From the NCBI RefSeq assembly GCF_009914755.1, contig NC_060925.1: a stretch of DNA of 64,000 bases. The stretch is one strand, 5' to 3'. The DNA is from the human T2T-CHM13v2.0 reference genome, Homo sapiens. Numbering within the stretch: position 1 is the stretch's first letter; each line of letters begins with the position of its first letter. The translations under genes and the position numbers were made by a program. Positions 40,373 through 56,138 of this stretch are shown in pieces. The notes under the pieces were generated by a model that was given only the letters and a program-made list of their open reading frames with translations, made no database searches and was not told where the DNA came from.

Positions 40373-40690
40373 GGCCAGGGTGGTGACTCACGCCTGTATT
40401 CCCAACACCTTGGGAGGCCGAGGTGGGCAGATCAGTTGAGTTCAGGAGATTGAGACCAGCCTGGCCAATGTGGTGAAACCCTGTCTCTACTAAAAATACA
40501 AAAATTAGCTGGGCGTGGTGGCAAACATCTGTAACCACAACTACTTGGGAGGCTGAGGCAGGAGAATCGCTTGATCTGGAAGGCGGAGGTTGCAGTGAAC
40601 TGAGATCACGCCACTGCATTCCAGCCTGGGTGACAGAGTGAGACTTTGTCTCAAAAAATAATAGTAATAATAAAATAAAATAAAAAATAA
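40373..40690 (+). mobile_element. AluSx/Sz, full length
   Basis: GGCCAGGGTGGTGACTCACGCCTGTA...GAGACTTTGTCTCAAAAA followed by (TAAAA)n. Confidence 0.93.
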
Positions 40691-41316
40691 GATAAAACAA
40701 CTGAAAATCAAATAAAAACCTAAACTATTTGATTGGTATTAAGGTTTTTATCCAGAAACATTTGTATATTTTCTATCATTGATTGCTTTACGATATTTTA
40801 GCCATAAAGGGAAAAAATACTTTTAATGTTAGAATTACACTTCATTCCTGGATGAAGACAATAAAGATAATACAAGGGTAAGGTAATATAGGCAGAGATG
40901 TTAAAAAATAGAAACAAAAATATTAACATATAATTTTAAGGTTTACATTAATCATTCATAGTAGGTAATAGATTCTTCATTTTATTGATAAAAATAATTT
41001 GATAAAATATACATGGTCATGTTCACACAATCTAAGAGAAAAATAAGATAGCTTCAAAAGGAGTCTACTAGAGCAATCTATGATAATCCACGTGGTTCTT
41101 AATTTATAAAAATAGCTTTCTTAACAAATACACAGAGGTGTGATAAAACACCCACATCAGATAGAGGCACACATAGAATAAAGAAGACAACTAACATCAG
41201 CGGAAGCAGAAAACATGGAACAGAGAAAAACATTACAAATATTTCTAAGCCAAAATTGCTATACAATTTAAAATAATGACATGACAATTGTAATTAACAC
41301 AGGATGCTATGGGTAA

Positions 41317-41669
<353 letters not shown>

Positions 41670-43144
41670 CTAAACATATTATTGCTATTTTCTTTGAAAT
41701 AAAAGGTCAAAATAAAATGTACTAAGTCAATAACCACATATGATTTAAGCAAATACATGACTAGTTAAGATCTGTTGGCAAGTGCGGTGTGTATCTTTAA
41801 AAGTATAATTTAGCAGATAGTTTCGAAAGAAGAGCTTTTGAAAGGATTTGGAAATTAGAAAGGCATTGAGAGGATTTTATTTTTCAAAGGTTCACAATGA
41901 ATGAGATCACATAGGCTTGAGATAATTATTCTTGCCTGTAATGCAAATTCAATGGCCAATTTTTTTTCATATACTAAAAACACTGAAAATGAATTCTCTG
42001 ATCTCAGAAATTCATGTTTAATGTTGTCACCCTAGGTTATTTTTCTTTAATTCAAAACTTTGCTAACAGAAGTCTAGATTATGAAAATATACTTAAATGA
42101 CGTGTATGTATTTGTGCGTGCACATACAAATATCCAAGACAACATCAGAATACAACTTTAGTTCTTAATCTACATTTTCCTCCCCTTCATTTTCCTCCAC
42201 ATCCTTTTCAATCAGCTTAATTTATTTTATTTGAATACATTCTTTTCTCCATGTGCTTATTTCTTAAGCACATATATGTACTATATATGTGTGTGTACTA
42301 GAAGAAAACAATGTAAAACAAAAATTCAATGTCATTTCACAGAAAATAAAAGCATAACTGTGTAACAAAATAAATACTGTAACATGTAGACCTATGCTAA
42401 ATTAGCAGTACATCACGAAAATTCAAGAGAAAGTATTTTTGTTACAAATACCTTGACATTCCAAATAGAAAAATGTATAAAACAAGGTTTCAAAATCATT
42501 AACCTTTTATGGATATGATAATTGTGACTTTACTGTATTGGCAAAGATACAACTCTGTATAAATTGCATAAAAACAGGGCACTTCAAAATTTGCTTTACT
42601 CATTAATTTAAACTTGCATTAAGCAATTTACATGTATGCCATTTTCACCCTTGCTATTTCCATGTTTTAATTAGCTTAATTTAACTAGAATCTCTAGATA
42701 GGTCACATCTCTCAAGTTTAATAAAACAGAGTAAAATGGGCTTAATAGAAATTCATAAACGATCAGTGTTTTACAGTAATACATAATTTATATCTTGTCA
42801 ATGCCCAGTGCATCTTGTAATATTCAAGTAAATAGAAGAACTACTAGTGTAACATATGATAGCCTTATTAGCATATCTTTCAAAATTAAGTAGTAATCTG
42901 CTGCTGTTAGAGTTGGTTCTATGGTATAATGTATAAGTATACTGCTCTATTTATATAATTGTACAGTACATCAGTACATATATATAGCAGTCTTCTACAT
43001 ATATAATATATAATTAATATATATTAATTATAATTATTGTATATATTGCTATGGGACCTGAAGTTGGTTGACTTAAGAAAATAATTTTATATTAAATAAA
43101 TAATAATGCTATGGTTACTGTGAAGGACTCCAGAATTTACCTAG

Positions 43145-43575
43145 GAAACAGCTAGCATTAAGGTCAATGCAATAGCAACTGAAGGTGACTACAAGATCAT
43201 TACTGTATTCCAATGTATACTGCAGTTATGATTTAATAGTACATGTTTACTTATGTTTATATTTGCTTAACTGAAAATGATGCCATGTAAGGTCTAAACT
43301 TTGCGTGTAAGTTTTGATATTGTAAGTTTTAGTAATAGATTTGTGTATATTTATGTTAGTAAATGATAAAATAAATTAATATCTTCATACATTAATATTT
43401 ATTCATGACATAACTAACTTCTTAATTTTTTGACATTTGCAGGCTACATATTTCATCTTCATTTTTTTCAAACTGTTACAAATCTCCAAAATATTTTCCA
43501 GTGTATTTATTTTTTGAAATCTGTGCGTAAAGTGGACCTACAGAGTTTCAACCCATGTTGTTCAAAGGTCAATGT
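43145..43575. mobile_element. Tigger2-family fragment with one TIR
   Basis: TGCAGTTATGATTTAATA...CAAATCTCCAAAATATTTTCC...GTGGACCTACAGAGTTTCAACCCATGTTGTTCAAAGGTCAA. Confidence 0.75.
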
Positions 43576-43631
43576 TATAAGGAAATTGGCAGGATAATAA
43601 TCAAGATCAATACTATAAAAGTACTGATTCA

Positions 43632-43936
43632 GGCTGGGTGAGGGGGCTTACACCTGTAACCTCAGCATTTTGGTTTGCCAAGGTGGGCAGATCACTTGAA
43701 TCCAGGAGTTCAAAACCAGCTGGGCAACATAGTGAGATCCCATTTCTACAAAAATACAAAAATTAGCCAAGCATGGTGGGGCATGCCTGTAGTCTCAGCT
43801 ACTCAGGAGGCTGAGGTTGGTGGACCACTTCAGCCCAGGAGGTTGAGGCTGCAGTGAGCCGAGATAGCACCACTGCACTCCAGTCTGGGTGAAAAAGCAA
43901 GACCCTGTCTCAAAAAAAAAAAAAAAAAAAAAAAAT
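43632..43936 (+). mobile_element. AluJ, full length
   Basis: GGCAACATAGTGAGA, AGCCCAGGAGGTTGAGGCTGCAGTGAGC; poly(A). Confidence 0.93.
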
Positions 43937-44907
43937 TGATAGGGCAGAAACATTTCTTAGTCCTCATCTACCTTTGCTTTAAAATTCCAATAGATGTAAA
44001 TGGCATGGCACAAATATTTTACCATATACAAATAGAAATTTACTTTCTATAAAGACAATGTCTTTAGGCAACTAATCAACTAAATGTCACTCTTCAAGAA
44101 ATAGTGTTGATATATATGTGTGTATTTGTATGTATTTATATGTGTGTATATAATAGACAATAGAAAAAACAACTCAACTATAAGAAATATGCTAACATTG
44201 CAATTACTAAAGAATAGAGAGTTTGATTTTACTCTAGTTTATACTCATCTTGTCACTGTGTTGCTAAAGTTCCTATAGTATTCTACTATGTGGCAGAAAA
44301 GACATATGACACATACATAGTGATACTTTAAGGATAATATATTTAACAACCCAGTGCATTTTGTGTGTGTGTGTGCATGTGAGTTGGTGGCATTTATGGT
44401 AAAATGTGTAAAGCAGGAAGTGCTTCCTAGTGGACAGTTATATATATAAGTCTTGCTGTTTCACGTATCATTTGCTCTTTCCACACTTTCAGGTAAAAAA
44501 TAAAATAATAAAGGAGATACATTTAGCTATAACATAATCAAAACATACCAATATTAAGTAAATTATTAATTATTCAACCCTAGAGAAAGTGTCTTTGATT
44601 TTTTTCTAGTCCAAACGTTCATAATGTTGAAAATATACAAATAAAACTTCCTATATGCATAGATATAGGAATATGTGTGACAAAATTTATTGTGTAACAA
44701 TGTTTATATTTTCTATTTAATATAATCTTAACATTTTACTCTAATATATTTTGTTACAACATTAAAGAACACATATTTCAAAATTAAAATCAGTCTTCAA
44801 TTTCAAAGACGTATTTTTAAAGTATATATGATATTTTAAAAAGCTAATTTTTAAATGTTTACCAATTATAAAACATTGTTTTGTTTCTAAAATAATCATT
44901 CACTTTT

Positions 44908-47557
<2,650 letters not shown>

Positions 47558-48032
47558 TAGAACAAAGATTAAGAGGTATTACCAGTTTCATGCCCAGACA
47601 TAGGAAAAAATTAAGAATTTTATTCATCTTTCTAAATGAATCCATGCAGATATCAGTAAGAGAGTATTATTCATATAACTTTGCTGTTTTAATCATCTAA
47701 TTAACTGTAATCTTCTCTCCTATTAGATTTAACAATGTACAGACCCTGGAGTTTCTCTTTATACATCGTATATAGTACCTGCTTCTGGTTCTACCATCTG
47801 AGAAATGGATCAGCCCATGCCAGAAAAGTGTTGCTAAATCATTTGAACTGTAAATTTCAATTCATCGTATCCACTTCACTTTGCTGACAGAAGTAACATT
47901 GAGTAAGTTTCATCAACTCAATTTTACTAAGTTTTATGTCATCCTTGTTTAAATATTTTAAACAACATATGTAATCAGAATACCTCTGGACTGTTTGAGG
48001 CAATAGATACATTTTCCAATTGTGCATTATAT

Positions 48033-48390
48033 TTTTACTTATTTTTATTTGTATTATAAATTGACAAAGTATAAATGTATATATGTTTATATGAGTATAA
48101 AATGATGATGATATGAATGCTAATTAACATATTCTTCATCTCAAATGCTTAATACTTTTTGTGGTGAGAACATGTGGATTTTACTCAGTGATTGTGAAAT
48201 ACGCTATACATAATTAATTGCTATATTCACCATGCTGTGCAATATATCTCAAAGTAAACAAAAATCTTATTCCTCCTGTTTAATTGAGGCTTTCTTTCCT
48301 TTGATCATCATTTCTTGATCCCTGCTCCAACACCCTACCCTCTGATAATCACCATTCCATTCTCTGGTTCTTTGAGTTACATTATATTTT
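48033..48390 (-). mobile_element. L1MA7/8-like 3' end
   Basis: GCTAATTAACATAT...TTTTGTGGTGAGAACA...CACCATGCTGTGCAATA...CTTATTCCTCCTG. Confidence 0.75.
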
Positions 48391-49339
48391 GAGTGTTACT
48401 CATGAACACTAAAAAATGTGCAATGATACAATGCTGTTCATCTTATATTCTGCTTAGTGACTTCAAGGAAAAATCACAACTCTTACTTTTAAGCTCTAGA
48501 GAGAGATTTAAAACAAACTTCATTTATTAATAAATACTTGCAATACCATATTGGTTTTTCCTGCGTAATAAAAGAGGCATCAGCTCTTGGGTGACATCAT
48601 TGACAACTGTTTTTCTTCTGATATACCCACAGGATATTGACTGTGATAATTATCTTCTCAACTTGGATGGTATTCTCATTTTTGTCAAAAGTTTCTATGA
48701 GCCCAGTAGTAGCAACAGATAATTAATGTCTATGCAACACTGCATGAATGACTGATAAGAACTAGTGGAAGACTGGATTCATTTCTGAAAGAAACACACA
48801 AAGATTTAAAACTCACTGAATACACACATTTAAACTGACCATTGCCAAGAACAATTTACAGGGAAACAATCTTCGCTTGATGGTAGCTGATATGTGTCTT
48901 GAGTCTTTCATCAACAAAATGATTTTTTTGGCAACTTTAATCTAACATTTGATTAATTAAAGGTAGGATGAGGATCATACCAATGAAAGACAGTTATCAG
49001 TGAGAAAAACCACAGTTCTTAACATCTAAATATATTACCTTCATTATGCTAGTGTGGCTATTGCCTCAACGTTTTTATGAAAATTAAGTTATTTCAGAAA
49101 AAAAATACCTGAAAATTCAAGGTGATAGATAACATGGTTTACTGAAAAAACAAAACAAAACATCAAAAACCAATATGTAGACATCTGAAGAAGGTGGAAG
49201 GGAAAGGAGAGCTTATATATTTAATTAAACTAATTTCTATATTAGTGTAAGAAATTAAATCATATTGTACATCCCAACCAAATTTTAAACAAAGCTAGCA
49301 TGTGACATGCCATGTTTTGCTCAAATACTATTTAACTAG

Positions 49340-49610
49340 TGTGGCCTTCTCAACCATAATAATTAAAATGCCTCCTCCTGACTAAAAGTTCTCTTTTCTT
49401 TTTTGCCTACATTACTTTTATAACATGTATCACCATGTGAAATCTTTCATGCTTTAATTGCTTATTTATTTACTGTTTGCCTCCCCTCCTCCTCACACCC
49501 ACACTGACAAGGTGAAAGGACAAGGGTTTCATCTTTGTTCACTAATGTATCTACAAGGCTAAGAACAAATCTTGGCACAAATAGGATTCAATAAATATCT
49601 GTTAAAATAA
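49340..49610 (+). mobile_element. L2a 3' end
   Basis: TTTACTGTTTGCCTCCCC...TTTGTTCACTAATGTATC...TGGCACAAATAGGATTCAATAAATATCTGTT. Confidence 0.7.
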
Positions 49611-50710
49611 TAACTCCACTATTTAGATGTATAATTAGAAATTAAATTAGTGTTACTGAATCAGAAATAAATGTACACAATAAAAGCTTTCATTTTTAAA
49701 AAAATGACAGTTGTATAGAGAAGTTTATACTTGTTCCAATCATTCTTAAATCATTGCTTTTGCTTATTAAAAAATCAAAGGTATTTACCTGCTATCTAAA
49801 TATATATATGTGTATATATATATAATATGTGTGTATATATTTAAGTGTATATATGTATATATATTTAAATAGATGGGTCAAAGGAACAGAATATATATGT
49901 CATTTAGAATTAATTTATTTGGAAATTATAAAAAATGAATTCAGCCAAATTAAGTATAATAATTGATTTGCTCATATAAATACAAAGTCAAAAATTATTA
50001 GGTATCAATTTATCTGACTGCAAGTGTTACACACATTTTTCCGGTTTTTCTCTTTACCCTTCAAAATACTTCTTCATCAGAGTTTCTTCATAAATATCAG
50101 TTGGTTGCCAGAAGCTTCTGTGGGCTAAAACTTTAAGGTCTTACGGGGAAAAACAACAACAACAACAACAAACTTCACTCCTGTAACACTATTGAGCAAA
50201 GTGAAGATTTTTTCCCCCCAGACTCACAGGAAACATCTTCAAAATTGCCCATGGTTGAATACTGAGCAGCAAAACATGTGCCCATTACAAAGGTTTATTC
50301 ACTTTTTTGGGGATACTGGTTCTTTGGCTTGTTTGTCTTTACTAATTGCCAATCAAAAGGTAAAATTGTAGCTGCTAGTATATTTGGGAGGGTATAAATA
50401 GAAAAAAGTCCTTCAGGAATTCTGAAGCATTCTTCATTATATTTGATTTCTTCTTACTTGTCTAGAATATAGTAAAAGCGGGACAAGGAACACTTGAGAA
50501 GTTTCCAGAGAGAAACAGGAAAAATTCTCAATGACTACAGATTAAGACTTGTGAGAAAGAATCAGATAAAATTTAATCTATGTAAGATAAATATTATAAA
50601 TTATTTAGTAATTTTAAATAATTTGATCTCTGAGCCTTTTAAATTTGCCTGATTCTCTCATCCCAAATTCCTACAGACATGCTACTTGATACTTACAGGG
50701 TAAGTTCTAG

Positions 50711-51314
50711 TGTTATAGGAGTTATTAAATTATTTTAGGCAGATAGAGAAGAAAACGGATCCCTGGGAAGTTTTTTTTATTTTAAAGCAGCTCCAAAAAC
50801 GTTTCTTGTTTAGCAGGAAAGCCCCAGCTCTTAGTGCCAGCCGGCAAGCTTTGATACACAAATGCAGGCCATTAGAAACTGGGTCCACCCAAATATGGTC
50901 TTCTTCTTGTCCCCACATGTGCCTGGCAACATGGCCGCCCCCACATATCCCCACGTGTGCAGAACATCATGGCACCCTGCCTGTGCATATTAAAAGGTTA
51001 GGGTGGGAGGGCTAGTTTTTTCACAGTCTACGTGAATGACATACCTGGTCAAACCAATACCCTGGACCCTGTGCGAATCAGACACTGCCTCCTCCAGCCT
51101 CATCGTATAACTGAATGTTTTCTGCTGCACTGGGGGTTTCCTCTCTCGGCTTCGAGCCCCCTCCCTTTGTCTCTGTACAGGGGAGGTTCTTCCTTCTTTC
51201 TTGCCTATTAAACTCTCTGCTCCTTAAAACCACTCCACGTGTGTCCGTGTCGTTTTATCTAAATCAGCGTGAGACCAAGGACCCTGGTGTTCCCCAGTCA
51301 TCGGAGTTGTATCA
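50711..51314 (+). mobile_element. LTR9-family ERV1 solo LTR
   Basis: TGTTATAGGAGTTATT...TTTTAGGCAGATAG...CATTAGAAACTGGGTCCACCC...GCCTATTAAACTCT...GTATCA; flanks CTAG/CTAA. Confidence 0.75.
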
Positions 51315-51334
51315 CTAAGATAGTCCATCTATCA

Positions 51335-51560
51335 AGTGATAATATTACAATAATAAAAAGTTCAATGTTCGAGCACTCAAGCATCACTCATTGTGCTAAG
51401 TTCTTTATGTCCAGTAACTCCTTTTTTCATTGGAATGACTTTATGTTATATAAAAAAATTACTTTAGAGTTTTAACACATGCACAAATTCAGAGAGCTAG
51501 TGAACTTGCAGCAGCAGGGTGTGATCCCAAATCTTTTGGGCTACAATAACCATGTTGTGT
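51335..51560 (-). mobile_element. MIR
   Basis: GAGCACT...ATTGTGCTAAGTTCTTTATGT...AGAGCTAGTGAA...GTGATCCCAAATC. Confidence 0.6.
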
Positions 51561-52974
51561 CTCATAATTTTTGGATGCTGTTGTCTGCTTAGAACATTTA
51601 TTAAATTTCTCAGATCTCTCTGGCTTTGTTCCTAGCCAATGTTAGTTTGTTCTCAGCTAAGATTAATAAACTGATCTTGCAATGACAATTTAATAAACAT
51701 GTATAGAACTGTTACAATATGCATAAATTGTACAGTGAACCAATAACTCATAGATGAGTGATTAAACGATTATTTATAAACTAGGTCATTTTATTATCTA
51801 ATTGAAAATAATCAGAACAGCTCGAAAAAATATAAAAGTTGCATTCAAAGGCACCAGAGTGCTAAAGAGGTATCAGAGAAGAAAAGAAAGAATTTCTGAG
51901 GAAAAAATGAAATTAGTTTGACTTCTAGTTATTCCTACATTTTTCACATGCAAAAAGTCACACATAGTAATTAGCCATACAATGGAGAGCAAAAATTGTG
52001 ATTAAAAATAGCCACACAATACAACATAGGATGGAAGTAAATGAGAAAAGAGACATAGATCAGTATCTTCAGAAGTCTGAATGAAATCAGATTAACATAT
52101 TTGATGAAGTTAAAGATTAAGATTGAATATTTCAAGAGAGAATGAGAAATGTGAAAGTTAAATGAAAGATAATTCTGGACCAAAAAATACAGCTGAACAT
52201 GAGAACTGCATAAATTTAGCAGTAGATATTAATGAACAAAGATTTAGATAACAGTAACATAGGTAAAGAATACAACTAGAATGGAGAGAGAGGATAGAAA
52301 GGGAGGCAAGGAAAGGGAGGAAAGAACTAAGAGTATACAGGTTCAAAGTCCAGCCTGACCCAATGGAAGCTCTGAGAAACAAACTTTTATATGTCCACAC
52401 AAGTTATTCATGAACCAAGAGCTGTCCCAGACGAAGGGAGTGGTAGGTGGGGTATGAAAATGCCCACTCCAGGTATCAACAGAAGCAAAACAGCTCTATA
52501 GCCTGAGGGTTGTCTTTGATTTAGAGTCACAGTTTCAAGCTATTCAAAGCAAAAGTCCGCAGAAACTTGGGGAGAGGAGCATGGGACCAATGCAAGGGAA
52601 TCTTAGGCAAGTAGATGAAACATCAACAAGGTTTACTGAAAATGGATTTCATCTTGAAAAGGAAAAGAAGTATTAAGTCATGCAGACCATCTAAATAGAG
52701 AGAGAAAATCAATCTTGATTTAATCTATATGAAGAAGCAATTGACCAGATGAAAGCAAAGGTTTAGAGGTGAGAATAACTGGAAAATAATGGGAATACTC
52801 CCAGTTTGGTAAATGATATGAAAGAACATTTAATAGAGCTCCTGCAATTCTTGAGTATACCTGGGGTGGAAGCATGTCCTTTATTCCTATATTCTGTTTC
52901 CTTAAACTCTGTACCTGCAACTATTGAGATACTAAGAATATATATGGGAAATGTGAGAATACTTCATATATAAT

Positions 52975-53068
52975 AAACATATATCTATATATAGGTATAT
53001 ATACATATGTGTGTATATATAGGCATATATATACATATGTGTGTGTGTGTATATATATATATGTATAT
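52975..53068. repeat. (TA)/(TG) compound microsatellite
   Basis: Direct reading. Confidence 0.85.
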
Positions 53069-54515
53069 CAAGTTTTTAATAGCCTCTCAAGGTATCTTTA
53101 AGGGAAAGAGAATAAATCAGTTAAGTAAACACAAAACCAAAACCTAGGTTAGCACATAAGATCAACTAATCAAAAAACTGCATTAGGGAATGTTTAATCA
53201 AAGAAAATAGTTCTTGCTCTCAGGTGATGCATATCATTGTACAACCAGGCAGACAATTTGCATTACAATGAATAAATGCATACATTTAAAAATACTGAAT
53301 AGCGATATAAAAATGAAAGAATAAAACAGGAAATATGATAGAAATGCCTAAAAGAGAATGTTCAGATCAGCACGGCCTGTGACCGCACAGAGAGCTCTTT
53401 CTCTTTTGTAGCTCCCCTATCTTGATTCCCACTCATTTTTGGAACCTTGATCTTTTAGCCTTCCAGGCGAGTGCATGAGCTTCCCAATATTTTTACAATA
53501 AATTCCTGTCCTTGCTAAAATTAGTCAAAATATTTTAAAACAATCTTGGTCAAAAAGGGAACAAAATTTAAAAATGCAATAAATAGATAATGATGAGAGT
53601 AATGTATTACATATATGAAAGTGTAAGATTTAGTTTATGTAGCTCCAAAAGCAAATGTAATATTTGTGTATGTTTGTCTATTATGAATTAAATTATGCTT
53701 TCTAGAAATAATAAAATCACAAGAAATAACATTTTTAAAAAGGAAACATACATGGTAAATTATAAATAAGTGAATTCAAAACTACAAAAGCAGAGACTTG
53801 TTTGGAAAAAAATTTATGTAGCCTGATACAATTTATAAAATAAAAACAATAATGCTAGAAATAGGTACATATAAAAAGAAGTTAACAAAATCATAACAGA
53901 ATATTTTATCCAACATTTTCAAAGTGTATAACAGATTGACATCAGCAATAACGTCAGAGTAAGGGACTCCAATAATTCTCTTCTCCAAAAAGAGAGCAAG
54001 AAAATTAGCATGTGTGTTTGTGTGTGTGTACCAACCTTTTGAGAATTTAGGGGTGAGGGTGACTGGCATATAATGGCCTGATCACATTTACTTAATAAAA
54101 TAAGAGTGGGTTTGTGGCATTTTAATTTGTCCTATTCTCAGTACTCCTTCCCCAACTCTATTGTTACCTTGAGAACCAAAAGTCTGAATTTATGGTAAAA
54201 ACCAGCTGCCCAGCAACCACTGATGTGAGGAGGAACACAGATTGGGGTTGAAATTCCTTCAGAGCTGTATTCTCAGATAATTTTCATTATTTTATCTTTC
54301 TGGTAGTTGCCTGGAAGATTCCACTTGCAAAATTGCCTTTATTTGAACAGATTCAGATCTTACCAAATGTAAATAGCCTTATTCCTGGGATCCTTTGCCA
54401 AAAACAATCAGAGGAAAAATAACACTTCAGCTGCCTAGTGGCCTGCTGTGATGGGTAATAGTAAGGCAAAACAACAGGTTAATCATAAGCTTTACAGGGA
54501 AAATCTAGGGGAATA

Positions 54516-54969
54516 TGTCAGGCCTCTGAGCCCAAGCTAAGACATCATACCCCCGTGACCTGCACGTGTACCTCCAGATGACCTAAAGCAACTGAAGAAC
54601 CACAAAAGATGACATTCCACCATTGTGATCTGTTACTGCCCCACCCTAACTGATCAATTGACCTTATGACAATACACCTTCCCCGCCCTTGTGATAATGT
54701 ACTTTGTGATATTCCCTGCCCTGCCCTTAAGAAGATACTTTGTAATATTCTCCCTTGAGAATGTACTTTTTGAGATCCACCCCCTGCCCACAAAAAATTG
54801 CTCCTAACTCCACCACCTATCCCAAAACTATAAGAACTAATGATAATCCCACCACCCTTTGCTGACTCCTTTCTCGGACTCAGCCCACCTGCACCCAGGT
54901 GAAATAAACAGCCTTGTTGCTCACACAAAGCCTGTTTGGTGGACTCTCTTCACACAGACGCGTGTGACA
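54516..54969 (+). mobile_element. HERV-H solo LTR (LTR7, probably LTR7C/B)
   Basis: TGTCAGGCCTCTGAGCCCAAGCTAAG...GGACTCAGCCCACCTGCACCCAGGTGAAATAAACAGC...GTGACA; 5-bp TSD GAATA/GAAGA. Confidence 0.93.
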
Positions 54970-55509
54970 GAAGAGATGTCCATAGAGGGTTTTAAAATGC
55001 TCCAACATATTCCTGGCAATATATGAAGCCACATGCACATGACTAATTTGTGTGCATGTCCATGTTGTGTGCATTAGGAGAAAAGACTTGAGAACACCCT
55101 AAGCTCTCACCTTTGACTAATGATGACATTCTGCACAACCAAGAAGTAAAGGCTAAGATGGAGTGGTAAGCTGCTTGAGTGAGTGCTGAGGATACATCCT
55201 AACATGCACAAAAAGACTTGTGGCAATGAAGAGTAGACATTGATTCCAAGTGTCTAAGGGAAACCCTGTCCAATCATTAGAAGATCACTAAAGAAATCCA
55301 AGAGATTTCAGTGGCCACTTACAACAGAGAATACACACTTTGCAGGATCCATTCATTAAAGTCACTAAACAAAAAATAAAATCAAACAGGAACGAAAACA
55401 CGCTTCAGAGATGGGAAAACCTGACTAACAGAGTTGCCACATTATATTACTTAAAATGTTCAATTTTTAACCAAAATTTACAAATACAAAAATAAATATG
55501 GCCTCTGGA

Positions 55510-55718
55510 TAGAAATAATATGTATATAAAAATAATGTATAATATTATATGATAATTCTATATTAATGATATGTTAACAATATATCATGTTATTCATATA
55601 TTTAATATAGTAATGATACCACATTGATAATTATATATTATAACATATATAATCTAATAATTATAGCTATATTATCTCATTATTAATATTGTACTAATAA
55701 TAGATAAATATATGATGC

Positions 55719-55752
<34 letters not shown>
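55510..55752. repeat. AT-rich low-complexity tract ending in (CA)n
   Basis: Direct reading. Confidence 0.8.
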
Positions 55753-55754
<2 letters not shown>

Positions 55755-55818
55755 GTCCATATAAATTCCTTCTTCTTGAAGGAAGGCCAGATACAGACTT
55801 ACTAGACAGGGATTTTAA

Positions 55819-56138
<320 letters not shown>

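Noticed and set aside
40227-40700. 157-aa ORF, and similar ORFs at 43-225, 31006-31684, 32868-33182, 37046-37360, 41432-41653, 43675-43857 and 61748-62053
   Set aside because: Translations of Alu sequence
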